Below are positions 18,155 through 27,266 of a stretch of 64,000 nucleotides of DNA, one piece after another. The DNA lies in the NCBI GenBank assembly GCA_035606845.1, contig DATNEA010000082.1, positions 65,142-129,141 on the forward strand, read 5' to 3'. Both the position numbers and the translations under genes were made by a program. Every line of letters starts with the position of its first letter. The first letter of the stretch is position 1. This stretch comes from Candidatus Angelobacter sp. GTDB taxonomy: Bacteria; Verrucomicrobiota; Verrucomicrobiia; Limisphaerales; DASXHY01. The notes below the pieces were generated by a model. That model had not been told where the DNA came from. It made no database searches and was given only the letters and a program-made list of their open reading frames with translations.

Positions 18155-19258
18155 TCAGAAAGTCACCTTCAATGCCTCGCGCTGACTATGCTCGTCGCGC
18201 AAATGGCCGTAGGTCTTCATGCACAAGGCGCCGCCGTCCTGATGCCCTAGCCAGCGCGAGACGGTGGGAATGTCCACGCCCGCCTCGATGCAGCGCGTGG
18301 CGAACAAGTGCCGCAAGTCATGGTGGGTGATGCGTTTCGCGCCAGCCAGCTTCGCCGCCCGGTCAATGGACTTCTGGCACTCGAAAACCTGCATCACGCT
18401 CTTGTCGGCGGACTCATTGGCGCGGTCGGTTCGCATTTTTTCCAGCAGTTCGCGCAAGCTGCTGTTTAGCGGAATCCAGCGGTCTTTGCCGTTCTTAGTA
18501 ATCCGAGCATGCAACAGACCCTTTTCAAAATCCACATCACTCCAAACAACGTGCCGTGCTTCGTCAATTCGCAGACCGGAGAACGCCAGAAACCGGAACA
18601 GGTTCGCGCAATCCTTTGACTGTCCAGCGCCCGAGGTTTCAATATGCTTGGCCATTTCCTGGAACTGCGCCTGCGAGGGCAGGTGCAACTCTTTCGGTTT
18701 GACGCGCCGCCGATCGACGAACTTGGCCGGGTTGTCCACGCGGTAGCCATGTTCAATCGCAATCTCAAAAATCCGGCGCACAATACCCAAGGCTCCGTTA
18801 TATCGGGTGGGGCTGTATTCTTTGCCATAAGCCGCCGCCCATTCATTGCAATCCTTCTGGCTGATTTTGGCGATGTCCGTCGAATACAGTTGCGGCCAGG
18901 TCTTTTTGAGGGCAATCAAGACTTCCTCTTTATAGAGCTTGGTGCGCGGCTTGTTGTTGTGGTCGTCCTCCACTTCCTTTTTGAACATTTCGATGATAAC
19001 TTCGCCTTTGACGGATTGGCCTTTGTTGATGGCCAGTCGGCGGTGGTCTTGCAGGAAGTCGGAGAGTTTGAGTTTGGCAACACTCAGCACGTGCGTGTCG
19101 AGCGAGCGGCGAATTAGCTTGCCATTGACTCGCACTCTCCCAAAATACGTGCCGCTTGGTTTGTAGCGGATGAGATTGGGATACGGTGTTTTAAGCCAAT
19201 CGAGATCGGCTTCGGATTTGGGCTTGCGCTCAGTTGGTAATGGTAATGTGTCTTTCAT
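18155..19258 (-). CDS. tyrosine recombinase/integrase (367 aa) of the left element
   Basis: From ATG 19256-19258 the protein reads MKDTLPLPTERKPK... The catalytic region has LRIDEARHVVWSDV (Arg I), ITHHDLRHLFAT (HxxR) and WLGHQDGGALCMKTYGHL (His, then the nucleophile Tyr). The longer track ORF (to 19948) crosses the tRNA gene and is not credible. Confidence 0.9.
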   Translation of the reverse strand: MKDTLPLPTERKPKSEADLDWLKTPYPNLIRYKPSGTYFGRVRVNGKLIRRSLDTHVLSVAKLKLSDFLQDHRRLAINKGQSVKGEVIIEMFKKEVEDDHNNKPRTKLYKEEVLIALKKTWPQLYSTDIAKISQKDCNEWAAAYGKEYSPTRYNGALGIVRRIFEIAIEHGYRVDNPAKFVDRRRVKPKELHLPSQAQFQEMAKHIETSGAGQSKDCANLFRFLAFSGLRIDEARHVVWSDVDFEKGLLHARITKNGKDRWIPLNSSLRELLEKMRTDRANESADKSVMQVFECQKSIDRAAKLAGAKRITHHDLRHLFATRCIEAGVDIPTVSRWLGHQDGGALCMKTYGHLRDEHSQREALKVTF

Positions 19259-19351
19259 AGCAGGAGAAACATACCATATACAAATTGAGTATGCAAGCCC
19301 TTTAAAGCCTCCGCGAAAACATTGAAAATCGCCAATGTTTTCAAGGTAAAA

Positions 19352-19426
19352 GCCAATGTAGCTCAGTGGTAGAGCAACGGTTTCGTAAACCGTCGGTCGC
19401 CGGTTCAATCCCGGCCATTGGCTCCA
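19352..19426 (+). tRNA. tRNA-Thr (anticodon CGU), CCA encoded
   Basis: Hand-folded cloverleaf: acceptor gccaatg/cattggc, D stem gctc/gagc, anticodon stem acggt/accgt with loop ttCGTaa, T stem gccgg/ccggc with loop ttcaatc, discriminator t, then cca. Confidence 0.9.
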
Positions 19427-19496
19427 CTTCTTTGCAACTGTCTTGCAGGGACTTAGGAAGCATGGTTTGTCCACCTTCAGTGAAAGTTTCAGCGTA
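19404..19496 (+). repeat. copy T of the tRNA-3-prime-end plus trailer repeat (candidate attL)
   Basis: ttcaatcccggccattggctcca is followed 65 nt after cccggccat by cttcagtgaaagtttcagcgt. The same two blocks recur with 64-nt spacing at 34401 and 43518. Confidence 0.6.
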
Positions 19497-19600
19497 TTAG
19501 CTGCTCTGGCACCGTTCGGCATTGCTCGCCGACCGCTCCGCCACTGCTCGCTAACACAAACTTTCCGGGCTGTTTTACGCTCACAACCGTGAGTGATGAA

Positions 19601-20608
19601 ATGAAACAGCGTTACCGATTGTTTAAGCGAGGGTGGGGCACGTACTATTTTCAAGACGTTGAGACGGGCAAACAGGAGAGTCTTAAAACCCGAGACAAAC
19701 ACCAAGCCCGCACACTCGTTCATACGATGAACGAGGCCGTGCGGCAGCCGATGCTGAATTTGGACATTGCGCGCGCTTACTTGAAAGGTTCCGACTCGGG
19801 ATTTAATTCTCGGACTTGGGCGTGGGTGATGGAGAGAGCGGGGGAAGGCAAGCAGGGCGCCACAAAGGAACGGTGGCTTCGCGCGGTGGCGGAAAAGCCG
19901 TTCGATATAATTCGCGATCTCAAGCTGACGGAAACGAAGGCGGAGCATTTGTTGAGCGTCCTCAAAGAGGGGACGGTTTCCACAAACATTTTCTTACGTC
20001 GACTGCACAACTTCGCGCTCGATATGAATTGGCTTTTGGCGCCGATCATCCCGCGGCGTCAGTGGCGTCCGGTGAAATTTCAGGAAAAGCGCGCGATCAC
20101 ATTGGATGAGCACCAGAAAATCTTAGCTGGCGAACGCAATGAGGAATGGCGCGCCTTTTACGAGATGCTGTGGCACCTGGGAGGCTCTCAATCAGACGTG
20201 GCCACACTTCAGGCTGAAAACGTGGATTGGAAAAATCGAACGATTGCCTATTCCCGCATGAAGACGGGCAGCCACGCGCTTATCCGATTTGGCGAAAGTG
20301 TTGGGCGGATCCTTCAATCGCGTCCCAGGAAAGGGTTGCTTTTTCCTCAAATTGGAAGTTGGAAGGAATCGGATCGAGCAAAAGCTTTTTCACGTCGGAG
20401 GGCGCTGGTCGGAATCAACGGAATTACGTTGCATTCCTACCGGTACGCCTGGGCGGAGCGGGCTCTCACCGCCGGTTATCCGGAGCGCTACGCTCAGCAG
20501 GCCCTCGGGCATCGGAGCAGGGCTGTTCACACTGCTTATGCCCGCCGCGCGCTGGTGGAGGTTCCGTCATTGGAGCAATATGAGCAACCTGAGCCGAGCC
20601 CAAGGTGA
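19601..20608 (+). CDS. tyrosine recombinase/integrase of the tRNA-Thr island
   Basis: MKQRYRLFKRGWGTYYFQD... The C-terminal catalytic region has ITLHSYRYAWAERAL (HxxR-like) and QQALGHRSRAVHTAYARRA (His, then Tyr). ATG 19601 is preferred over the track GTG at 19589. It lies 175 nt downstream of the tRNA 3-prime end. Confidence 0.85.
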   Translation: MKQRYRLFKRGWGTYYFQDVETGKQESLKTRDKHQARTLVHTMNEAVRQPMLNLDIARAYLKGSDSGFNSRTWAWVMERAGEGKQGATKERWLRAVAEKPFDIIRDLKLTETKAEHLLSVLKEGTVSTNIFLRRLHNFALDMNWLLAPIIPRRQWRPVKFQEKRAITLDEHQKILAGERNEEWRAFYEMLWHLGGSQSDVATLQAENVDWKNRTIAYSRMKTGSHALIRFGESVGRILQSRPRKGLLFPQIGSWKESDRAKAFSRRRALVGINGITLHSYRYAWAERALTAGYPERYAQQALGHRSRAVHTAYARRALVEVPSLEQYEQPEPSPR

Positions 20609-20688
20609 TTGAATTGCGCAAGATTGCATTCTCGAAAAATTCAGAGGACGCACCACTCCGGCGGCAGTCAATAGCTGATGGATTATCA

Positions 20689-20715
20689 GGCCGTTGCGAT
20701 CGATGCACAACGGCC
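20689..20715. terminator. hairpin between convergent genes (the integrase and the 185-aa ORF)
   Basis: ggccgttg (20689-20696) pairs with caacggcc (20708-20715) around an 11-nt loop. Confidence 0.35.
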
Positions 20716-20768
20716 TGGAATTGCGGTAATATGTAAAATCGCGATTCTGGATTTCCCAACCTCAAAGG

Positions 20769-21326
20769 TTAGGATTGCGACCATGATTTAAAATCTTTGT
20801 GCTCACATTGAAGGCTTTCTTCCATTTCCAATGCGGCGACGACCGCTGCACTCTTTGCCCGTCCTGTATGAAATTTGGCTGCATCGGCCGGCGTGAGTTT
20901 CTGGGCGTCTTTGCTGCTCTCCTCCAAAAACCAAGCCAACAATGGTTTAATCCAAGTTCCAAACTGTTGAGGCTCCGGCTGCGGTGATATTGCCATCATT
21001 TGTTCAGCCAAACCAACGAGCACACCGGCGTGTTGAGGAGACTTAAAAGGATCGAAATCAGCGCCAACAAAATATTTCCAAAACTGTTTGGAAGCTGCGA
21101 TCGCCCAATCAGGCATAGGAATTCCCAAGTTCATTCCCAACCCGGCAAACAAGCCAGCAAGCTGATCGTCGGGGAGCTCGGGTGCTAAAATCCTCAGGTG
21201 TTCTAAGGGCGTTTTCTGTTCAAATTGTTTGATAAGGGCGGAAATATCAATTTGGACGGGTTGGTCCTCGCCAGGTTTTTCGTGCTTCTCTGCCCCGGCA
21301 CCTCCCTCATTTTCTGATGATTCCAT
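20769..21326 (-). CDS. hypothetical protein (185 aa, acidic N-terminus)
   Basis: Clean ORF, MESSENEGGAGAEKHEKPGEDQP..., divergent from the three STAND genes. No domain recognised. Confidence 0.55.
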   Translation of the reverse strand: MESSENEGGAGAEKHEKPGEDQPVQIDISALIKQFEQKTPLEHLRILAPELPDDQLAGLFAGLGMNLGIPMPDWAIAASKQFWKYFVGADFDPFKSPQHAGVLVGLAEQMMAISPQPEPQQFGTWIKPLLAWFLEESSKDAQKLTPADAAKFHTGRAKSAAVVAALEMEESLQCEHKDFKSWSQS

Positions 21327-21601
21327 AGCATTATTAGAATGAACAACTGTACTTTTTCAAGTTTAGAACATTATCCAAATGCCGTCCCGCCCCGCGCGCC
21401 TGACATTTCGCAACAAATCCATGTTTTGGACCATTCGAATAAATCGCATTTTCACGCCTGTAGGATGAACAATGTTCGAATCTTGATTGCTTGGCAATTC
21501 GCACCCAATTCAAATAATATGGTCTCGGGAGGGCACAGGGATGAGCTCTGGCTTCCTAATGCTGGACCGACGCTTAACGGCACACCCACTCCAATGGAGC
21601 C

Positions 21602-22051
21602 ATGAACCAACTAAACAGAATTGAACCCGCGCATATTGAACGGCTAACCCCCGATCAACTGATTCGTCTGCTCAATTTGCTCCTGCACGCAGAAGCAAAA
21701 GAAAGATTGCTCGCCGTCCACGGCATACATGTTCCATTCCAGATAAATGTACCAGACGGGGGGCGTGACGGCAGGTGGGTGGCAGATATTGGTGAATACG
21801 AATATATTCCCCGCAAGATCAGTTATTATCAGAGCAAAGCGCAATCGTTGAGCGACAGCCAGTGCCGTGCGGAAATCCTCCGAACTGACGAGCCAGGGAA
21901 ATACGTGCTAAAGGAAAAAGTTCAAGAGGTGCTTGAAAGTGGCGGTGCTTATGTGCTTTTTAGCAGTCATCCGTGTGTAAAAATCGATGAAAGAATCAAG
22001 GCCTGTCGCGATGCTCTGCGCGATGCCGGCCGAGTTAATCCGGAAAAATGA
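21602..22051 (+). CDS. STAND gene 1, N-terminal piece: Mrr/PD-(D/E)xK-like nuclease domain, separated from the rest by a 1-nt frameshift
   Basis: LTPDQLIRLLNLLLHAEAK ... INVPDGGRDGRW (D at 21755) ... ISYYQSKAQ (QSK at 21830-21838) matches the order and spacing of the Mrr-type D...(E/Q)xK motifs. Reading stops at TGA 22049-22051 immediately after an A5 run (22044-22048). Confidence 0.7.
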   Translation: MNQLNRIEPAHIERLTPDQLIRLLNLLLHAEAKERLLAVHGIHVPFQINVPDGGRDGRWVADIGEYEYIPRKISYYQSKAQSLSDSQCRAEILRTDEPGKYVLKEKVQEVLESGGAYVLFSSHPCVKIDERIKACRDALRDAGRVNPEK

Positions 22052-25000
22052 TTGTATCGAATTTTTGGATGCCAATCGTATTGCGAACTGGGTTAACCTT
22101 CATGCCTCGGCATTCGCATACGTCTCTCAGGTAACGGTTTTCCAACAAGTCGGACTCCGCAGCGTCGAGGCATGGGCGGAGGACGCGATGTTCGAATACC
22201 AATTCCAACAGAACGAATACCTGACGGCCCAAATTTGCGGCCTGCGCGAATGGCTATTAAAGCCGAAACGAGTTGCGAGGATTACCGGTCCGACGGGCCT
22301 GGGTAAAACCCGATTGGGTTATGAAACATTTGGTTGCGCTCAAGTCGGAGATGATAAAATCCGGCAAGCATTGTGTGGGGCTGCCGCTTATGTTGACGCC
22401 CAGATGTACGGCACTCTGGTACTCGGTTGGGTCGATCAAATGTGCCAACTCGGCTATGGGGGTGTTATTATTGTCGATAATTGCCCCTACGAATGGCACC
22501 ACCAACTCGCATCAATAGTCCAGCGACAAAATAGCCGGTTGAACCTTTTAACGCTCGATTATGTCCCCGAGTATGGACAACCCGATATCCTGCACATTGA
22601 GCTCAACCCGGAAAAACTGCGCGATATTGTTCCAAAAATTCTCAAATCCGTTCCTGACTTGACCCATCTTGATGATGCCCAGATTGAAAGGGTATCCAAT
22701 TTTGCGCAGGGTTTTCCGCAGATCGCAATACTCACAGCTAAAGCCGGTCGAGCTCTCGAAATTCGGCACCTTAACAGTCAAAATGGCCTGGCGGACCGGC
22801 TCCTATGGGGGAGGAATGCGCCGGACCCTCAAGCGCGTGAATTTGTGCGATGCCTCGCTTTATTTTCGTCCGTTGGCGCGCAAGGCAACTATAAGCATCA
22901 ATTGGATTTTATAAGAGAAGCCCTTTGCAAAGGCGTTTCAGAATACGACTTCAATCGAGTAACCAAACAGTTTTATGAAAAGAAGATTCTCCAGAGAGCC
23001 GGTGATTTCATAATGGTTACACCCCCACCGTTAGCGGTAGCACTTGCCGCGGAATGGTTGTCCGATGCCCCCGACGACCATGTCTTAGCTCTTTTTCCTG
23101 GATTCGAGGAGCATAAATTAACCAACGCCTTTTGCAGCCAACTGCGGCTGTTGGACTTTTCACCGAGGGCTGAGGAGTTAAGCAGAAAACTATTGGGGCC
23201 CGGCTCCCCTCTTTCCGTAGCGGAAGTTTTGGATTCTGAAGTGGGTTCACGAATCTTCCGCGCACTTTCGGAACTGAACCCCTTAGCCGCCACCGATTGT
23301 TTGTATCGCATATTCTCGACTTATTCGCCGCAACAAACCAAATCGATTGTTACCGGACGCAGGAATATCATTTGGGCATTGGAAAAGTTATGCTGGTCGA
23401 TTGACACTTTTTCAAAGGCTGCGACTGTCCTTCTTTTGTTCGCAGCGGGTGAGAATGAAACATATGCAAATAGTGCGACTGAGCAGTTTAAACAATTGTT
23501 TCATGTATTTCTTTCTGGAACGAAGGCACCTCCCGAATTACGTTTAGATGTAATCAAGACGGGCCTAAAATCTACCCATCCTGAGGTTCGTGCTGTTTGC
23601 ATCCAAGCTCTGGGCTCCGCACTTCAACATGGTCACTTTTCACGCTCGTCAGGTCCTGAGGCAAGGGGAACGCGTTTGCCGGAAAAAGATTGGGAGCCTA
23701 AGTTGTGTACTGACATTTGGAATTATTGGAGGGAAGTATTCCAGCTTCTCAAGGATCAGATTTTTTCAAAGGGAGATTTAGCGTCAATTGCGGCGCACAC
23801 CCTTGGAGAGAACACGGGTGCGTTTCTTGGCAATCCTCTGCTCTTGGAACTTGAAGGTGACTTCAAAAAGCTCGCTCAATCCCAAAACGGCTATTGGCCG
23901 GAGGCTCGCGAGCAAATCACAAGTTTTCTGAGTCACACAAAGGATCTCCCCGACAATGCCAAAACTGCTCTAAGACGGTGGTTGAGCTATGTGCAACCAA
24001 CTGATCTGAAAAGTCGATTTTTAGACATCGTTTCGCTCCCGGGCTGGCACCACGAAGAGGCGGAGGGGGGAGGGTATGTAGATGTGTCGGCACATCAGGC
24101 GGAGGCGTTTGCTGAAGAACTTTACAAAAATGGAGTCGATTGGGACGAATTCATTCCAATGCTCCTTCAAGGTGACCAACGGCAAGCATGGCAATTTGGG
24201 GTGCGATGTGCTCAGCTTGACAAAGATGTACAAGGGCTAGTCACAAAATGTTTGGACTCCTTACGAGCAATAAGAAAGGAAAACCAGAATCCCCAACTCC
24301 TGCGTGGCATTCTCTCCGCAATTGAGGACAAGGGATATGTGGAACGGGTGCTTGATCTTGTGGCAAAGGACGACGCCTTGGTTTTCATTTTAGTGCCACT
24401 GACAATCGCGATCGCACCCACACTCGCCGACTTTGACCGAGTGACCACACAGATCAAATTATCTCGGCTTCCACCTAATACCGTGTACGGATTCGGCTTC
24501 GGTTCGGTCACCAAGAATTTTGACGACGATGCCTATAGCGCGCGGCTCGAAGACCTTTTCAAAACCGTACCGGAAAGTGCCACAGCAATATTGCAACTTA
24601 TAGACGCGCAGTGCTTTCTTCATCCCGAGAAAACCAAGTCTTATCGCAAGTTGATGAAATCGCTCTTGCTGTTGCCCGAGGTTTTGTCAAAGGGTCGAAG
24701 TACTAGAACTGGATACGAGTGGCAAGAAAACGCAAAAAAGATCCTGAGTGACACATCGGATGCCAATTGGGTTCGAGAGTTGACGAAGGTTCTCATAGCA
24801 GCAGCAAAGGACAGGCTGATTATGCCGTGGGCCAGCGACAATATTCATCCAATCATCAGCCTTCTTCTCGAAAAACATTCCGATATTGTTTGGCCTGTTT
24901 TCCTCGACACATTTAACCATACTGAAGTTGGCGAATATTATTATTTAATAAAATTGCTTACCGAGGGAGGGAGCTCTTTCGAAAATCATGGATCACCAAT

Positions 25001-25388
25001 TTGGAATTTGCCATCAGACAAGTTGAGGCCCTGGGCTGAAGCAAACCCACAAGTTGTTCCTGGCCTTCTGCACTTTATGGCCCTTTACTTTGTGCAGCAA
25101 TCAACGAACGGAAGCGAAGAGTTCTGTTGGCACCCACACTCCCTAATTCTTCTTGGGATTGGCGAAGTTGATGAAGTGATCGGCTGTGTGCACGCAAATC
25201 TCGCCTCGTTTGGTTCCTCCGGTTCGAGAGTTCCGTATATCGAAAAGCGAATTGTCCTCGTAAATAAACTGCACTCTGCTGGAGACAAGCGGCTATCCCA
25301 TATTGCGGACACCGTAATTGGATTCTTGATGCAATCTCTGGAAAGCGCGAGGAAGCAGGACGAGCATCACGCGGCGGGAATTTACTAG
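21987..25388 (+). CDS. STAND gene 1, main piece: P-loop NTPase plus a long helical-repeat region (continuation of 21602-22051 in the +1 frame)
   Basis: Walker A ITGPTGLGKTRL (22287-22310), Walker B-like GGVIIVDNC, then about 800 aa of helical repeats. The sequence NDCIEFLDANRIANWVNLH just after the frameshift point matches equivalent segments of genes 2 and 3. The true start of a stand-alone version is uncertain. Confidence 0.8.
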   Translation: MKESRPVAMLCAMPAELIRKNDCIEFLDANRIANWVNLHASAFAYVSQVTVFQQVGLRSVEAWAEDAMFEYQFQQNEYLTAQICGLREWLLKPKRVARITGPTGLGKTRLGYETFGCAQVGDDKIRQALCGAAAYVDAQMYGTLVLGWVDQMCQLGYGGVIIVDNCPYEWHHQLASIVQRQNSRLNLLTLDYVPEYGQPDILHIELNPEKLRDIVPKILKSVPDLTHLDDAQIERVSNFAQGFPQIAILTAKAGRALEIRHLNSQNGLADRLLWGRNAPDPQAREFVRCLALFSSVGAQGNYKHQLDFIREALCKGVSEYDFNRVTKQFYEKKILQRAGDFIMVTPPPLAVALAAEWLSDAPDDHVLALFPGFEEHKLTNAFCSQLRLLDFSPRAEELSRKLLGPGSPLSVAEVLDSEVGSRIFRALSELNPLAATDCLYRIFSTYSPQQTKSIVTGRRNIIWALEKLCWSIDTFSKAATVLLLFAAGENETYANSATEQFKQLFHVFLSGTKAPPELRLDVIKTGLKSTHPEVRAVCIQALGSALQHGHFSRSSGPEARGTRLPEKDWEPKLCTDIWNYWREVFQLLKDQIFSKGDLASIAAHTLGENTGAFLGNPLLLELEGDFKKLAQSQNGYWPEAREQITSFLSHTKDLPDNAKTALRRWLSYVQPTDLKSRFLDIVSLPGWHHEEAEGGGYVDVSAHQAEAFAEELYKNGVDWDEFIPMLLQGDQRQAWQFGVRCAQLDKDVQGLVTKCLDSLRAIRKENQNPQLLRGILSAIEDKGYVERVLDLVAKDDALVFILVPLTIAIAPTLADFDRVTTQIKLSRLPPNTVYGFGFGSVTKNFDDDAYSARLEDLFKTVPESATAILQLIDAQCFLHPEKTKSYRKLMKSLLLLPEVLSKGRSTRTGYEWQENAKKILSDTSDANWVRELTKVLIAAAKDRLIMPWASDNIHPIISLLLEKHSDIVWPVFLDTFNHTEVGEYYYLIKLLTEGGSSFENHGSPIWNLPSDKLRPWAEANPQVVPGLLHFMALYFVQQSTNGSEEFCWHPHSLILLGIGEVDEVIGCVHANLASFGSSGSRVPYIEKRIVLVNKLHSAGDKRLSHIADTVIGFLMQSLESARKQDEHHAAGIY

Positions 25389-25454
25389 TCAGAATGAATT
25401 GGAGCGGGCCTCCATCTATCGACACATAGGCATAAGCTAAACCCTGACTGACCG

Positions 25455-27266
25455 ATGACGACACTTGATAAATTGCGGGATCTGAATGATGGCCAATTTC
25501 ATCGATTGGCGGATGCCATTCTCAAGCGAGTCGAGCCGAGATTCCGTAATCTTCGCACCCATGGTGTAAATGACAATGGGGTCAGCATCAAAGGACAGCC
25601 AGACTCTTATGTCGGAAACTCAGCTCGTTCTTGCACAATTGCTTTTTGTTATACCGTCGACACTGGAGATTGGTGGAATAAGCTCTGCAGGGATATTTCA
25701 TCAGCTCTGAATACATCTCCTAATATTTGCGAGCTTGTTATAGCCCTTCCGCGAGACGTCGACCGCGAGGGTCCAAAGGATAAAACGATTGATTGGGAGG
25801 GAAGACTCAACGCTGCGGCTGGAAACAAGTCTGTCACGATTTTTGACGGTCGACGGCTTTCGGCTTTGCTCGATGAGAAATATCAAGATCTAAGATATGA
25901 ACATTTAGCAATCCCGTTTTCCCGGCTATCGAATGAGGTTGTTATCGCCAGTTGCCAAACAGTGAATCAAATCACAATTGACGACTTAAAGACAAAGGGC
26001 CGGTTCGACCCCGAACACTACGTATTCAGACAAGCAGATGGTCAGCTAAAGCAACTGTGGAGAGAAGCGTTTGGGTCTCGAAAAGGATGCAGATTGATTC
26101 CTGTGGTAAATGACTCCGGCCTCGGCAAGACGAGTCTGCTTTGCTCTTTTGTCGACTCTTCCGGGGGAAGTGTGCCAATTCTCTTTTTGCAAGCCAGGGA
26201 CTCGGATTTCCACGCCGAGGACGTGCTGGTGCGGATGGTTATGCAGAAATTGCAAGGCGTTCTTTCGCAGGAGTTGCAAAAGCAGGAAGAGGTCGCTTTG
26301 ACAAAAGTTATCGACGATCTCGGCGCTCTCACTGTTGTGCTGGATGGTTTGGACGAGGTCAGGAATTCCTCAAACGTTAGACGCGCACTAAAATTCTGGT
26401 TCGAATCCACAATCGGAGCGGTGAGTGTTTTGATCGTTTCTTCCAGACCGGATTTTTGGCGAAGATGCTCGGAAGGATCGTGGGCCCGCTGGATATCCTA
26501 TTCTAATTCCAATGTTCGCAAGACAACAGAAACGTCCCGTGAGCAGACGATTCTGCCCGAAAAACGAATCCTTGGATACAGCTTACCCGAAAGGTTTTCA
26601 CCCGACGAATTGAGCTTGGCATGGAGCAAGTTTGGCCTCGACCCAAGTGATCTGGCAAAGGCCTCAAACGACATTCGGCAGGAATTGTCTCACCCCTTCA
26701 CACTTAGAGCTTGGATTGATATTGCTACGGATCGGAGTGCGGCGAAACTTCCCAGCACACGAGACGAGATAATCGAGACCTGGATTTGGCACCGTTTGGA
26801 GCAAGAAGCTGATACGGCTGCTCGGATTTCTAAAGAACTTCTTTGGGCTGTTTTGCTGCAAATCGCAAGACGCATTAACGAAGCAGGTGAGTCTTGCATT
26901 TCGATTGATGCATTGACTGATATTGCCCGATTCGATCCTACTCATCCACCCGGCGAAGTTGTGGAGCGATTAATCAACGCACATTTATTGGAGTTTCTCG
27001 AAGAGAAGAGAGATTTTATCCGATTTGTTTTTGATACTGTCTACGAGTTTTTCCTTGCAGAAGCTGATGTTGAAGACATTAAAACTGATATTCAAAGCGT
27101 AGTTGCCTCAATTGGGAAAATGACATTTTCGCGTACAGCAACACGGTTAGGGCGAATTGGATTTCGTATTGCCGGCAGGAGACGCGTTTGCAATTGCTCT
27201 CGCCAGCCACGATTGTGCGAAATCGCTTGTACTCATTCAGGGAAGGCCTCAAAAGTTTTCTGCTGA
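25455..27266 (+). CDS. STAND gene 2, N-terminal piece: degenerate Mrr-like N-domain plus a NACHT-type NTPase; the last roughly 38 codons are out-of-frame read-through
   Basis: FHRLADAILKRVEP...KGQPDSYVG. Walker A NDSGLGKTSLL (26109-26132), canonical NACHT Walker B LTVVLDGLDEV, VLIVSSRPD, and winged-helix motif FIRFVFDTVYEFFLAEAD. The tail RIGFRIAGRRRVCNCSRQPRLCEIACTHSGKASKVFC looks non-protein-like. Confidence 0.8.
   Translation: MTTLDKLRDLNDGQFHRLADAILKRVEPRFRNLRTHGVNDNGVSIKGQPDSYVGNSARSCTIAFCYTVDTGDWWNKLCRDISSALNTSPNICELVIALPRDVDREGPKDKTIDWEGRLNAAAGNKSVTIFDGRRLSALLDEKYQDLRYEHLAIPFSRLSNEVVIASCQTVNQITIDDLKTKGRFDPEHYVFRQADGQLKQLWREAFGSRKGCRLIPVVNDSGLGKTSLLCSFVDSSGGSVPILFLQARDSDFHAEDVLVRMVMQKLQGVLSQELQKQEEVALTKVIDDLGALTVVLDGLDEVRNSSNVRRALKFWFESTIGAVSVLIVSSRPDFWRRCSEGSWARWISYSNSNVRKTTETSREQTILPEKRILGYSLPERFSPDELSLAWSKFGLDPSDLAKASNDIRQELSHPFTLRAWIDIATDRSAAKLPSTRDEIIETWIWHRLEQEADTAARISKELLWAVLLQIARRINEAGESCISIDALTDIARFDPTHPPGEVVERLINAHLLEFLEEKRDFIRFVFDTVYEFFLAEADVEDIKTDIQSVVASIGKMTFSRTATRLGRIGFRIAGRRRVCNCSRQPRLCEIACTHSGKASKVFC

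Larger units (their letters stand above)
1..19258. mobile_element. integrative mobilizable (or conjugative) element, right-hand portion; left boundary lies outside the window
   Basis: An integrase at the tRNA-proximal end, a MOBF relaxase, a ParA operon, three XRE regulators and cargo operons. No coupling protein or type IV secretion genes are visible in the window. Confidence 0.6.

Noticed and set aside
18155-19948. A 597-aa minus-strand ORF extending the integrase across the tRNA gene and into the second integrase.
   Set aside because: It would run antisense through tRNA-Thr. The recognisable integrase sequence begins at the ATG at 19258.
21339-21605. An 88-aa plus-strand ORF immediately upstream of STAND gene 1.
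   Set aside because: It lies in the divergent promoter gap, its composition is unconvincing, and it ends exactly where gene 1 starts. There is no support beyond being open.
22040-27160. Programmed +1 ribosomal frameshifting as the explanation for the two split STAND genes.
   Set aside because: The same window shows a compensated pair of homopolymer indels inside the conserved cvfB gene, so indel error or mutation is the more economical explanation. No recognisable frameshift stimulator was seen. The idea is kept as an explicit alternative in the findings.
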